A stretch of DNA of 63,720 bases, filler included, from Folioceros fuciformis (GCA_049999805.1; 13 parts of 13 records of this genome joined end to end with filler, not necessarily neighbours in it); one strand, 5' to 3'. Counted from the first letter of the whole stretch, positions 22,227 to 36,162 are shown. Numbers and translations: made by a program. The notes: generated by a model not told the origin, from the sequence alone.

Positions 22227-25200
22227 GGTTTAGGGGGGCCTTATATAGGCTTTTTAGGACTTGTTCAAAGGCCGAAGGCCAAGGAACAACTAGCACCCCT
22301 CCTGACTTGGTCCACGAACCAATTATTGGTCAATCCGAACCCCTAACTTCAAGGCCCAAGGAGTTCTTGAGCATAAATACCCAGGCCTATTCCCAACCTA
22401 AGCTGCTTTTGTAAATATCTAAGAAAAGACTAGACACTTTTGCTCATAATAGCAATTCAAATAATATCTGAGAGACATAATGTTTAAATAGTCAAGTGTA
22501 TGGATAACCCTAGTCAGGGTTACACCTAAGTATAAATGTATGTGTAACCTAAGTAGGTTAAACCAATTATTACTTCAACACTCCCTCTTAACCTGTGAGG
22601 GTTACAGCAGAGAGCCTTAAAAACGCACGCTTCACTTAAGCACTCAGCTCGAACAGCTCCCTCTCGTGATTGTCGTTTAGGCTGCCTCAGTAATGGCGGA
22701 TGCCCTTGAAAAACCAAGCTCAGCTATGAGGGGAACAAATGTAGTTGTCTTGCTTGTGATTCTAGCTTCAGGTGCAGGCAGCGATGGAAGAAATTCAGTA
22801 GCTCAAGGAGAGTGGCGGAGTGACTCTAGAGCTGGAGGAAGTCAGCAAGAACATCGCCAGTAGGATGGAGACTCCCCACATCAGGCTTGCTGTTGCCATA
22901 GCTCCCTCAGCATCAGTTCCTGGAACAGAGAAAACAGGACCACTGACAACGGCCGATAGAGACCTACTATGGCATCTGCACAAGACCTTGGAGAAGTGTG
23001 ACAAACTGAGGACCCTACTCAAGACAGCTAGGGTGCACACTCGCGAACTGGAGGAATTGCTAATAAACGAGCCTACGGGCTTAGAGGTATCTCGAGTGAT
23101 GAAACCTGAAGAGTGTATGGCGATGGCGAGAGACATGGAGACCCTTGGCTACGTTTGCAAACCTCCAGTGAACAATTAGCATGACAAGTAGAAAGGTAAG
23201 ACTTGTGGCACAGCTCACGATTTGATTCTAGACCTTTTCGCTTCATCCACTGAGTGTGCCATGTTTCAAAATGCAGTGTGCAAGGCAAAGAAGAAATCAG
23301 CCTTGACCTAGGCTAGCTAGTGGGAACTGATTACTCGGACAGTACTCCTACCTTGTGGCATCAAACTGGGTAGGTTAGACACTAGGTGCAGGGATGGTGA
23401 AGACCCTTAGACCCAAAGCCACCAGATGCTTGTAATGTTTCTCCTTTGAGAGACCCTTTGTAAAAATATCAGTTGTGTTCTCATCTGTACTAACATATTG
23501 TACTTGCACTATCCCTCTTTCAGCCACATCACGAATGTAGTGATGATATAACTCAATATGCTTAGTCCTCCCATGAAACCTCGGATTGGCCACAAGCGAG
23601 ATAGCTGACATATTGTCACACAAGAGAGTAGTTGGGCCAGGCTGGGGTAAGTTTACTACACCCAAAAATTGCCTTTCCCACTCTAACTCTTTGCATGTGT
23701 CTGTCAAGGCCTTATACTCAGCCTCAGTTGACGACAACGCCAGAGACGTTTGCTTCTTGCACTTGCAAGGAAGAACACATATGCTGAGAGGCTCTTCCGA
23801 GAGTAAACATTAGATGCCCAGTCGGCATCAGCAAAGGTGGACAATGTGAAATCTTGTCGGCCAAAGGAAGTATAATGCAGTCCCGAGGTAATAGTCCCTT
23901 TCAAGTACCTGTAAATACGTTTCACTGCTGCCTAGTGAAGCTTGCCAGGATTCTGGAGAAACTGAGAGACTACACTAACAACATATGATATGTTAGGCCG
24001 AGTCCAGTTTGCCAAGAAGATTAAGCTCCCAACAGCTTCTGCATAAGGAACTGCTGACATAGCCATCTGCTCAACTCCATCAAGAGGTGACTGCTCATGG
24101 GTAAGCTTCTCTCCTACTGTAGAGGGCGTTGACACTGACTTGGCAGCATCCAAGCTAAAATGCTTCAGTATCTCCTTTATGTATTTTGTTTGGTGCACTA
24201 GCCTTGTTTTCTGTTGCGCAGAATCTGGATACCCAGGCAGTACTACAAAGGGCCCTGATTAGTCATCTCAAATTTTGAACGAAGAAGGGCTTTTACTTCA
24301 TCGAGCTTAGAAGGGCTGCTACTGAGTAGGATGGCATCATCCACATACAACGCCAAGATCACAAACAAACTCTCAGAAGCAAGGTAGAAAACATTGTTGT
24401 CAGCAGGTGATTGATCAAAACCATTTTTCCTTAAGAACTTCATAATGCGTTTGTACCAGGCACGGGGACTTTGCTTCAAGCCATAAAGTGTCTTCAATAG
24501 CTTGCACACCTTCTACGGCCAACGTTTGTCTACAAACCCTTTAGTCTGCTGCATGTAAAGGACCTCTTCAAGCTCACCGTATAAGAAGGCTGTACACACA
24601 TCCATTTGATGAAGCTCGAGGTCGAATTCAGCAGCCATGGCAAGCAAGATACTCACAAAGGGAGGCTTAACTACCAGGGAAAACGTGTCCCCATAGTCAA
24701 TGCTAGGTATATGAGAAAAACCTCTTGCAACCAAGCGTGACTTATACCTCGCAATTGTGCCATCTGCCTTCAATTTTGTTTTGAACACCCACTTACACGT
24801 GATGGGCTTTCTTCCAGGAGGCAAGTCAGCCAGCTCCCAAGTATAATTCTTGATAAGGGAGTTGTACTCTTCATCGATAGAGATCCGTCAGTGCTTACCA
24901 TCAGGGCCACTGATGGCTTCTGTGTAAGTCTGAGGATCTGGCCTTACATCAGGAACATGAAGGTGAGTTACATGTGCTGCATGTCTTCGAAAATCCACGG
25001 ACTGATAAGGAGGCTAAATCCAGTTGTCTCTTGACCGCTTGCCTCTGAAGAAATAACGAGGAAGATCTGGTGGAGGGGGAGCACCTTCAGGGTCATTCCC
25101 CTCTACTCCCTCTACAGCAGCATCATCCTTGAAACCATCAACCTCGGCATGGTGAGAAGGAGGAGCAGAACTCGAATCCGAAGAATGTTGGGATTGTATA

Positions 25201-25900
25201 TCATCATCTGGACCAGCTGCTGGTGGTACTGGATCTGGTAAGGGTTCTTGTAGAAGAGGATCAGCATCCACCTGAGCAGTAATCTCACCATAAAAAACGG
25301 GATATGTGACAGCTTGCTCAGAGTCATCGAAGTCCAAACCAGGAGAAGGATCATTTGAAGAGAAGGGTCTGCAGCATACAACTGGCCTACAGACGAATCA
25401 GATGGAGGAGAGGTAAGGTCTAGAAAAGTGGCACTCCGAGACAGAGTAATTTGAGACGTGTCAGGATCATAGAGCTTATATGCTTTTGACTCCTCAGAAT
25501 AGCCTAAAAAGATGAGAGGCTTCGATTTGGCATCTAACTTCTTTTGTTTGGGTTCAGGAATAAAGGCAAAAGCTGGAGACCCAAACACCTTCAAATGAAG
25601 AAGACTAGGCTTACGACCCTAGAATGCTTCATAGGGTGTCTTGCTAGGGAAAGCAGATATAACAACTCGATTTAAGATGTAAGTGGCACACACTATGGCT
25701 TCTGCCCAGAACTTCTTAGGGAGAGCTGCCCATGACAACATACTCCTGACCATTCCCATCAAAGTCTGATTCTTATGCTCTGCCACACCATTTTGCTGCT
25801 GTGTGTAGGGAACAGAAAGTTGTCTCACTATGCCAAGTGAATCAAACAGGACATCAAATTGCCGGCCAGTAAATTCACCACCATTGTCGGTTTGAAAGCA
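22227..25900 (-). mobile_element. Ty1/Copia family C, 3' part: INT-RT-RNase H (pol stop 23375), ~790-bp 3' region, PPT 22581-22591, 3' LTR ending in the gap
   Basis: TDNGGEF, QQNGVAEHKN, CKWVFKTK, LKQSPRAW, LYVDD, SSTEAEY, CDNMSAI, RTKHI; AAGAGGGAG followed by TGTTGAAG on the minus strand. Confidence 0.92.
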
Positions 25901-26190
25901 TTTAGCGTGTTGCTGGCTGTACAACGTCTGGTAGGATTGCGGGCAGCGTGTTGCCGGTTGTATAGTGTCTGGTAGGATCACAAGGTGTAATGACCAGGGT
26001 GAAAGGGCTTGCCCCTAGCTCTTGATTGTAAAGGATGTGTCTTTCTCTCAACCTGTCCACTCTTGTTCCCTGTTTGGACAAGTGCTGTAGNNNNNNNNNN
26101 NNNNNNNNNNNNNNNNNNNNNNNNNNNNNNNNNNTTAATTAATTAANNNNNNNNNNNNNNNNNNNNNNNNNNNNNNNNNNNNNNNNNNNN

Positions 26191-29100
26191 AGATCGCCCT
26201 GTAGGATGGTCTCCTTCTTCCTCAACCTACCATCGTGGCGGTTTTTCCTTTGCTCTTCATCCTCCTGTGGATCTTCATTCTCCACCACTTCAGTATGGAA
26301 ACAAGTCACCTCTTGACCCAAATCCACCATCCTGACAGTATGCCCTACTCCCTTGTAGGCTCCTGTACTGCTGGAAGTGCTACCTCCAACACTACCGGAT
26401 GTGTACCCGGGGGATGGTCCTGTTGTTTCTCCCCCATAGGGAGCTTTGCTCCACGAGACAAACGAAACTTTAGTAGGTCCTGTAGGTTTAGACCTAAAGG
26501 TCACACCTTTCCTGCCAAAATCAAACACACAAGCTGTCCCGTACAACCACGGTCTCCCAAGGAGCACCTTGTACCCTAGGTCAGACACTGGCCTCATGAC
26601 AATGTAGGTTAGCTTGAACATGATCCCTCCTATCACCGTGGGCACATCCTTCAACACTCCTAGAGGCTTCCTCTTGGTCTGATCTGCCATCCGAAGGTAC
26701 ACGCGGATAGGGTCAAACTCCGTGAACCCCAAACGATGGGATGTGTCCTCCATCATGAGATTGACACCAGACCCCGTATCCAACGGTACATCCGGTACCA
26801 GACAACCTGCAATCTTCACCTCTATTTTAGGAGCTCCACAATCAGCCAACTCCACTGAACTCATCCAAGTCGGGACTGTCTTCCCTTCGAGTGGCTCCGG
26901 TATCCCTCAGATGGCTTCCTTGACGATCTTCCTGGCCTTGGGACTAACAGACAAGAGCTGCCTCAAGCTCACCACAAACTCCTGGTCAAGCAACGCGTCA
27001 GCAAATCCAGCAACCTTCATGGCCAAAGCCTCCCTTGCTGTTGTTGTCTTAGGAGGATTGATCCCTCCATCCTCCTTGCTTCGATCAACCTTGCACTCTC
27101 CACCACCCCTGTCACAAGAGGGTCTGCAAATGTGAACTTCTTAGACCGGTGCATCAGCCTAGTCAGCTCTTCCTCCAGCATTGCAGCAACCTCCTTGCTG
27201 ATGTCGGGTGGAAATGCTAATTCTTCAACCTCTCCTTCATCTAGTTCACCTTCCTCTCGATGAGGTGGAACAACCTCTTGTCCAATCGACACATCATTCT
27301 TCCCTTGCTGGACGAGTGGTTCCTCCCTTGCCTCTGGTGGATTAGGAGTGTTGTAACGTTCTCTCCTCCTTCTCTTCTCTTCCTTCTTCGTCCTCTCCCG
27401 ATAACGACGTTCAGAACGAGTGGTGACCCTTGCCACCATGACTTCTTCACCATCGCTAGCTTCGCCTGAATATCCCTCCTCCACAATGCCAGAAAATGCT
27501 TGAGAGTCAATCAAAGGCTCCTCCTCGGCCTCCACCGACAACACAGGTGCGCTTGTCACCGGAGCTGCTGTCTTCACCGCGGGAGGAAGTCCCTCTTGCG
27601 GTGCCTCCGTGATCCTCACTCCAAATCTAGGCAGCGCAGGCCTAGGGATGCCCGAACACCTTGGATCCCCAGCCCTGTGCCCTGGATCCTTACACACCTG
27701 ACAAAACAGCACAAATCCAAGTTGCCTACGTGGCTCTATGCACTCGTTAGCATAGTGTCCCGGCAAGCCACAATTAAAACAACAACCTGCTGCCACCACT
27801 TGTGGACGCTGGGATGGATCTGGCCTCCAATGGCCTGGAGATACTGGACGAGGACCATACCTCATTCCAGGAGGTCCTGGTGGTTGGAAAGATGGCCGAA
27901 TGGACTGTGGTGGTCGAGGAGCAGTCACAGCCTGTACCTGATAGGAGTCATCCACGTACCAATAGTCTCCTGATAGGTAGGTGTCCACTTGGTTGACGGC
28001 GTGGCGGGGAGCCCTAGTGCACTCTTGGTGGGTGTGTCCTGATTGGTGACAAATAGAACAGTACACCAGCTGCCGACCCGGTGAAGGTGACCTCCTTGGT
28101 GCTTGGTTGCGTACAGCCTTCACCTCCAACTCGGCCAGCCTCCTCGTCAATGCCTCAACCTGACTGGTCAGTCCTCCACCACTTGAGGACGGTTCGCCTC
28201 TCTCCATCCTATAGGATCCTTTGCCTCTCTTGTCCTTCTCAGCTCGACGATCCTCATCCTCCTCACGCCTCTTGCGTGCTTTCTCCAGATCCTTCCTCAT
28301 CCTCTTCTCATGAGCCTTATCGGACTCCTCATCGGTGTAAGGATCCGACACAAGGCTGTCATAATCTGAATCAGAGTGAGACGGTGACCTCGACCTTGAA
28401 GAGGAAGATGGGCTGTGATGCCTCGACCTCCTATGATGCCCATACTTCCGGTTCTGCTTCCTCTTCTCTCTGCTAAACTCCGAAAGCTCAAAATCTTCAG
28501 CAGCCTTCAAAGCCTCCTGCAAAGTGGTCACACCTCTTGTGCAGTAGGTTGCCATCCTATCGGGTAGTCCTCCAGCAAACCAATCCAAAGCTTGAGCATC
28601 CGTGTACCCTGGAGTACTCGGACCTCCTGGGACAACTGGCCTACCACGTGGGATCCTGTCCACATAGCTGTAGAACCTCTCAATGTAGTCATAGAGATCC
28701 TCCTTCCTTCCTCGCTTCAAAGTCCTCAACCTCGCGTAGGTGTGATGGCCATGGCTGAGACCTCGAAACCTGGTCAAGAAATCGTCCTTCAGGCTGTCCC
28801 AATCCACTAGTTGTGTCACTCCATACGTCCGACTGTACCACTGCTGAGCTTGTCCTCTCAGCAAACCTGGAAAGATCCTCAAACGATCAGCTGTAGTGTC
28901 CTCCATGTTGGCACGAGACACATGCTCGAACGTCCTCAGGAAGGATTCAGCATCCTCCCCTCTTCTCTTGTCTCCAAACTTCACGTATTGTTGACGACTG
29001 TGAATAGGAGCAGCCATCCTTGCAGCAACTCCTCCACCCACTTGGCTGATACTTGACGTAGGAAGTACTGCCCCTACTGAAATCACTACGGGGGCTGACA

Positions 29101-30121
29101 ATGGAACAATGGCCGGCAAGGGGACTAACTGACCACCAACAAGTGACTGCAAGCTATCCAGCAATGATACCACAACTGAAGTATCACCTAGAGTTGACTG
29201 CACAACACTCGACTGTAACACGGACTCCCTCTCAACCCAACCCACTTGTTGGCTGTAAGACTCCTTCCTGCAACAAGATGTAATACCAACCTCCTGGATG
29301 TCACGCTCTCCGGCAATCAACCCTTCAGATTCGTGCTCTCCACTTCACCAAGGCAGCTCCTCCTGCACAAGGGTGCTAGCCTTAGGGGTCAAGCTACTCT
29401 CTCCTCTCAGCAAATTCCTCCATGTTGCACGCAGATCCCTTCTACCAGTTCTGCGATCACCTCTTCCATCAGACATCTACAGGACAACTTAGACTCTCCA
29501 TCCGATCAGCAAAAGAAACTCCCAAGCCGCTCCCCGGCAACGGCACCAAAAATGTGGAGGCAAAACCCCGGGCACTGATTGCCAACGGGTTCCACCTTTA
29601 GTGGCCACACTTATCCCGCTGTCGTTGAGACATTGGGTTTCGTTCCCACGAAGGAGCGATGGGGTTCCTTGCTGCTGTGGATGGAGGGTCGGACTTGATC
29701 GACTCAATGATGGATTCGAGGGCTCCCCTCTAGCTCCGATCAGGCGTAGGACAGGCCTCGTTGTCCGGCGGTCAGCTGCACCTCTCTCGGTGCCCACAAA
29801 CTCACTCCAGTCACTACAACGACCCTAACCTCTTAGATCTGCGACTTCCCTTATTCACTTGACTCACTCTTTCACTCCAGCTCCAGCACCAGCAACTAAG
29901 AATGACACCACTACCTTCTACACTTCCCTATTGAGTCCTCCTACTCGGCAAGAGTCACTAGACTAACCCCAAAGGAAAGAAAGAAGGGATCACACTCTCC
30001 CCCCACACCCCCTCGGATATCTCCTCCCCACAACCTTACCAGACGCCATGAAACATGACCGGCCTACAACACTTGAGAAAGAGAGGTCACAATGTCTCTC
30101 ACAGCTCTCTCCCATCTCTCT
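26191..30121 (-). mobile_element. Ty3/Gypsy (Athila/Tat-like) 5' half: LTR 29553 to beyond 30121, tRNA-Asp-type PBS 29531-29548, gag 27017-29320 with three CCHC knuckles, protease 26191-26864
   Basis: LTR end GCCTCCACA followed by TGGTGCCGTTGCCGGGGA; retrotransposon gag (LRGQAQQWY, WDSLKDDFLTRF); CSICHQSGHTHQEC, CFNCGLPGHYANEC, CQVCKDPGH; protease LDTGSGVN...VLLGRPWL. Confidence 0.93.
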
Positions 30122-30221
30122 NNNNNNNNNNNNNNNNNNNNNNNNNNNNNNNNNNNNNNNNNNNNTTAATTAATTAANNNNNNNNNNNNNNNNNNNNNNN
30201 NNNNNNNNNNNNNNNNNNNNN

Positions 30222-31864
30222 GCCGTGTGTTGGAGATTTGGGTTCCTCTTTGACAGCTACCAAGGTCGACGTCAACTTGGAGGTGTTTGATTGGAAATCG
30301 TGCTTAGGTAGCACGCATCGCATAGCAAGGAACCGTCGAGGTTGAGGAGGAACTCCATAAGAATTGCCAGGAAATTCTGATTTTAAAGCACCACCAGAAG
30401 CATTATAAGTAGAGAAATTGGGAGCATAATCATGGGGACCGTTCACATTACGGGGGGTCGCATCCGTTCGAAGAACGGGTGCACCGTCCCGTTCCGGTTT
30501 CCAACTTAAGTTGGATACCGGCTGTACCGGTTGGCGAACGGGGGCAGTTATGCATCCCGGCTCCTCCCCCGCGCGCGGGGGCAAGTTTCCTCCACCCACG
30601 GGCACACCCGTAGCATCCGCTCCAGCCACCGGCGCGCCCGTCCAAATCTCGGCTTCAGATGTGCAATTGTGGGCGACTCTTGCATGGATCCGTGCGCCCT
30701 GGATGGGCGATCTTACATCTGAAATGCAGTTAGGAATTGAAGCAACATCGTGCTGATCCTGCACCAGCAGACCAGAGTCCAATTCCTCTTGATTTGAAGC
30801 AAATTCACAGGCAATCTTGGGGGGACGGCCACAATGTGAGGCGCCTGGACGTGAGGAAGTCGGCTGGCGTCTCAAACTTTGCTTGGAATGACATACAGAT
30901 GGGGAGATTAGCAGCAATTCCTCATCACTTTCTCCCCATGCAACGAAGTTAAGTGGTTGTTCTTTTGCAGGTGAATTGCCTGGACGCTTGGTTGTTTGAT
31001 GTCCTCCACGCATTCGTGGAGAGCTTGAACGAAGTGCCGAACTCAAGCTTGAAGAAGAGACGACGAGATCAACGGTTTCATCTCTTCTCGTTCGCGCACT
31101 TGTTCTTCCCTATTGACTATTAGAGAAAGATTGAGAGTGACTTGACGTCAATTCGATGTTGCCAGTGTGGCATTGTGCCGGTGGAGTCCATCCTTGTTCT
31201 TGCAACGTGTGGAAGAGATTATCCAGCCAGCTGTCGCCGAGAAGACGATGTGATCTCGGTGAGTAAGAATGCCCAATCCTCCTTTCAATGCTGCTGCGAC
31301 GTGGGCGTCCACGAGTTCGATCCCGATCTTCAACACTTCGTCTTAATGAAGCTTGAGAGCGGCGATGATTCCTTGCCATTTGTGAATTGGGAATCTAGTG
31401 TAGAAGAGGAGACTTGCAAAGGATAGCTTGTAGAGAAAGCGGTGGAGGGAAAAGAAGTGTTTAGGGCTCCTTCTCCCCTACTTTCTCGTTTAAATGCCAT
31501 TTGCTTGTACCCCTTTAGATCCCATTCAAGAATTGTTTCTAGCGTTTGCTTTTTGACTAAACTATCATTCACACATCTAAATGTATGAACTACTCCATGA
31601 TCTAAACATAATGCCTGGAGACCATGGAGATGGTCCTAGAGCCTAGGGCTCTGATACCAAGTTGGAAGACTACATGCGGAAGCGTGTCTTCAATACAAAA
31701 GATAAATTAAGAATAATACAAAATGCAAATAGTTGTCCTTTTATAGGTATCACCCTAAAGGGTGTGACTTTTCACTAGCCTAGCAAATTAACATAACTCT
31801 TGGTTGGCTAAACTAGCATGACTTATGGTTACTTAACTCTAGTGGACTGGTACCCCTTCTAACT
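30222..31864 (-). mobile_element. 5' end of an LTR retrotransposon: LTR 31660-31864, PBS-Met 31648-31659, degenerate Ser/Pro-rich leader ORFs
   Basis: Perfect TGGTATCAGAGC on the minus strand; LTR sequence recurs at 60240-60350; terminal inverted repeat AGTTGGAAG/CTTCTAACT. Confidence 0.75.
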
Positions 31865-34552
31865 GCAACAGGGGTCACTCTTGGCTCAGTTGAGGAAAGC
31901 CCACGAGACTAACCTGGAAATACAACAGGAGATGGCTAAGGCTCAGAAGCAGGAGATGGCTGCAATGGAACAAGCCCAGAAGATGGCGGACAGTTACAAA
32001 CGGGAGCGGAATGAGGCCCGAGAGCGAGTAAAAGGGAAGGGCAAGGCTGGGCGCAGTGGTCGGATGACGACGCCGGTAGCCGGAGGGGCTACCGGTAGTC
32101 CAGCTCCAGAACCGGTAGCTGATGGGGCTACTGGTAGTCGAGTTCTAGAACCGGTAGCCGGAGGGGCTACCGGAAGTCGAATGGCCACACCAGTAGCCGG
32201 AGGGGCTACCGTTAGTCTCGTGATGCCCGAGGTAGTTAAAGGAGCTACCGGTAGGGGAGGAACGATGCCGGTAGCTGAAACCACGACCCCGGTAGCCGAA
32301 GCAGTAAGGGCAGAGGCGCCTGTGCCTAGGCGTTCCAAGAGGGTGACTCGCACCAGGCGGACTGAGCTGGAGGAAGCAGCAGCAACTGGGGGGATGGAGG
32401 ACTCTCAGGTACCCCAGGAGAGCAGGGGTCAGGTAGCCCGAGGTAGCCCAAGGGAGGAAGGGGTAAGCACCTCCTTTATGACAGAGGGTCAGATTATGCT
32501 GCAGTATGAGGAGGAGGCCTCTTATGTGCCAAGCCTCTATGTGGAAGAAGCCCGAGTTCTGAAGCTGTTTTTGTATGTACGTATGGGCACAGGAGGGACG
32601 CGGGGCTACGGCCTACAACTGAAGACTTGTAGGGGCATCTACTGCTAGCGTTGGTAGGTATGGGGGCTGCCTCATTGCTATTCCGAGGCAGTCTTGGAGG
32701 AACTGACGGAGGAGGAGGCGCAGCGGTGGGTTGAACGGGAGCATGTCCTTATCCTCAGTAATTGGCGATGTAAGGAGGAGAGGGGTTTCCTGCAACGGGA
32801 CCCACCTGCGCCGCTGCCAGCGAGGGCCAGCAGCAATAGTGACATGGAGGTCCTGTGGGAGGACCTGCCTGACCAGTGGCAGGGTAGGAGGGCCAGAGGC
32901 GGGCCAGTAGGAGGAGGAGCGCGACGGCCAGGAGGAAGGTGCCAGCGGCAAAGAGGGAGGCGATGGTAATTACAATCTAGAATAGTTTTTTTTAGATTGT
33001 TTTTGCTTGGACCTAAGCCGCTCAGAATTTAAGAGCGTCGACTGACTCCTGACACACTTTATGGCAGAAAGACTGCCACTACCATGCACAAGAGGCCAGT
33101 TTGAGGTCTCGGAAAAATCAACAAGAAACCAGCCATACATTCCGACCTTGTGGAAGCCTAGCGATGGTCGTTGCTGGATAGGAGGTCCAGGCAAGCGAGC
33201 GCACGTAGTGTTCTGAGGGTGTGGGTGCAGGTGGTGGATGCTCCGTAACCAGGGACCAGGATCGAATTGGGAGGAGAGACCTCACCGAGTGGGAGACGAG
33301 CTCCCCAGCTATTCCCGTGACGGTTGCGTGGAGTTGAAAGGGTGCTGGAGGCTAAATCCGCAAGTCCGGAGTGGAAGTGGATGCCCCTTCCCTTAGCCTC
33401 CGGTGACCCACCATTCCTTCAATTTTGTAGGAGAGAGAGGCCCTGGAGGGGCGAGGTGGAGAAGAATGTCGAGAGTCATGAGTGGGTTGAAAAATGAGAG
33501 GGAATGTGTAAGAATGCTGATGAATGTATGTTGGTGGAGAAAGAATATGGGTCGGAGTGACTGAAGTTGCGAAAGCGGTGAGCGGCCATGGGTCGCGAGG
33601 AGGACGATGTTAGAAGGATGGGGTTGTATGATTGAATAACTGTGGTGGCTGTAAGCCTGAGGTGTGGCGAAGGTTGAGTTGAGAAGCTGAACAACGGGAT
33701 TATGGCACTGTAGCGAGGTGGTCGTGGTTGGCAAGAAAGTGCACTGGGTAAAGGGTGTGGCGAGAGCGAGATGTGCTTATGCGCTAAGACGGAAGACCGT
33801 GAGGTAAAGGGATGACTGTATGTGTGTGAGATTGAGGCGAGAGGACGCGTGAGTGGTTGTGTGAGATCGGCTGAGGATGGGAGCAGAATATGGTAGTAGA
33901 TGAGAATGCGCTAACTGCTTCGGCGCCTTATATGAGCGCGTATGTGTTTGTGAACGGCACGCCTTTGATCCCTGAGAGGGGCTGTGCATAGGTGTGACTG
34001 GACGGAAGGGCATGTGTTGTAAGGGGAGGACATTCGCCAGCAAGGGAGATAGAATGTGACTGTCGGGAGGCATAAGTCGGAAAAGTAAGCCATGGGGGTA
34101 AATAAGAGCGGGGAAAAGAGGAGAGAGAGAGTGCGTGTGTGGGTTAGAAAGAGGCGAGAGGTATAGAGAGTGTGTGTTAGAGAGAGGAGAGAGAGTGTGT
34201 GTGGACCCCACTGAGGTAGCCGGCTGGGCGACCGTTGCCAAGAGAGAAACGGGAGTAGCCGAGGGCAGTAGTAGCTGTAGGGCCGACCGAGTAACCGGGC
34301 CGGCTGAAGGTAGTCCGGGGATAAGGTAGTCAGGGGGGTGACGGTGGTAGTTAGGCCACGCATAGGTCAAGGTAGCTGGATAGGTGGTAGCAGTAGTTGT
34401 GTGAGACTCCCCTGGAGTAGTAATTGAATTTGTGACACAACATGTGTTATTTAACACAAATAATTCCCGTGGGATCGAATCCCAATGCTAAAACGACAAA
34501 GAGGGTTTGTGTGGACCTCGCAACACCCCCGGGTGCAATATTTTCCTCCACA
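31865..34552 (+). mobile_element. Athila-like family X, copy 1: accessory ORF (31865-32969), GA/GT-rich region and LTR U5 end
   Basis: Ends TCCCGTGGGATCGAATCCCAATGCTAAAACGAC...CCTCCACA, homologous to the PBS-adjacent LTR end at 29553. Collinear with 37098-39383 and 39384-41719. 36-bp tandem repeats encoding PVAGGATGS at ~32070-32300. Confidence 0.8.
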
Positions 34553-35591
34553 TGAGCACATGTAATAAATCTTCATGTACCTGATGTTCGACCAAACCCA
34601 CAGAGTTATTCAAAGGCTTTGTCAGGACCTGATGCTAAACACTGGAGAGTCTCCATTGATGATGAGTACAACTCGTTGATGAAGAATGGCACATGGGAAC
34701 TTGCAGATCTTCCCCCTGGACGTAAGCCGATCACTTGCAAATGGGTTTTTAAAACCAAACTTAAAGCTAATGGAACTATATCTAGATACAAGAGCAGACT
34801 TGTAGCTAGGGGATTCTCACAGATTCCAGGTGTTAATTTTGGAGATACATTCTCACCTGTAGCCAAACCACCATATGTTCGAATCTTGCTTGCCCTTGCT
34901 GCTGAGTCAACCTGAAGGGTTTGTTAGTCAGAAGTGGCCTCATAAATTTTGTAAACTATTGAAGACAATCTATGGCCTCAAACAGAGTATGAGAGCATGG
35001 TACAAACGTATCACAAAGTTTCTAATTCAGTCTCGTTTCCTACAATCCTCAGCGGACACAAATGTTTTTTACTTAGCTGACTCAAGCTCGTTTGTGATTC
35101 TGGCTCTGTACGTTGATGATGCCATTCTCCTTAGTAACAGTGTGTCCCACCTCAACCATGTTAAGGCCCTCCTACGCGATGAATTTGAGATGACGGATCA
35201 AGGTCCTCTCCAGTTCTGCTTGGGCATACAGATTCTATGAAACAGACAGAATGGAACTATAGTCCTTCATCAGACTAAATACCTCAAGGAGATCTTAAAG
35301 CGTTTTTACCTTGATGAAGCTCAGCCAGTGTCTACTCCCTTTGTTTTTGGTGAAAAACTCACTACATATCAGTCCCCAAAGTCTGCTGAGGAGGAAAAGG
35401 ACATGGCCTCTGTCCCTTATGCAAAGGCAATTGGGTGCCTGATCTTCTTGGCTAACTGGACTAGGCCTGACATCAGCTTCTCATTTAGTGTAGTCGCCCA
35501 GTTCCTGAAGGCTCCTGGTAGAGCTCACTGGTCAGCAGTTTAGCGGATCTATGGTTATCTTTAAGGCACTATCAATTTTGGTTTACACTTT
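34553..35591 (+). pseudogene. Copia family C reverse transcriptase fragment with an internal deletion
   Basis: WELADLPPGRKPITCKWVFKTK, LYVDDAILL, NWTRPDI; close paralogue of 23900-24970; deletion at ~34908. Confidence 0.92.
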
Positions 35592-36162
35592 TGTGGACTC
35601 CACATGCTGAACAGACCCCTGAGAAATGATGGGTTCTCTTCTTTTTTGGATCTGTGAGTGAGTGTTGTAGAGGAAAGGTTAGAAGGTTCGGTTAGATTAG
35701 AGTTAGATCAGAGTTAGGGTTAGGATTAGGTCGGACTTAGGTTTAGGGTTTTGACGAGTGGAGGGTTCTGTCTAAGGTGTGCTAACCTGGTTAGGTAGTG
35801 ATAGGGGTTCCGAGCCAAGGGAGTATAAGAGGCCATGCCTGTTATTGAGGGGGGAGGTTTTTTTGGTGAGAGCTCCCTTGACCTTGTGTGCAGGCTGCTG
35901 GGTTAGAGGGTTAATCCAGTGTGCAGATGCACCTCAGCCTTGATTCCCCATGCCACTAGGGGAACGTGGTGGCTCCCAAAATTGTTGAGATTTGGGTGGC
36001 CAGATCCGCAAAGGCTGACCTTTCTTGCATGCTGGTTGGGTGGTTGGGGTACCTTGACGTCCCTAAGGGGTTTCCAAGGCAACGGATTGCAGGGCTGTGA
36101 GCCAAGGAGGCTATGCAGCCTGGGTCTGCACATCCCTGCCTCAAGGACTGCAAGTGAGGGGC
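35592..36162 (+). mobile_element. 5' part of a Gypsy-type LTR with a telomere-like array, inserted in Copia RT
   Basis: Starts TGTGGA where the Copia frame breaks; TTAGG/TTAGA array at ~35675-35750; GTATAAG at ~35823; 35800-36020 is homologous to 12145-12365. Confidence 0.65.

Noticed and set aside
26930-27140. Programmed -1 frameshift between Gypsy gag and protease
   Set aside because: The frames overlap in -1, but I found no slippery heptamer and the copy has another stop; cannot be separated from decay.
33393-34457. Long His/Ser/Leu/Thr-rich ORFs here and at 37820-38242 and 39479-40174
   Set aside because: By-products of CT/CA-rich low-complexity LTR sequence; frames are not conserved between copies.
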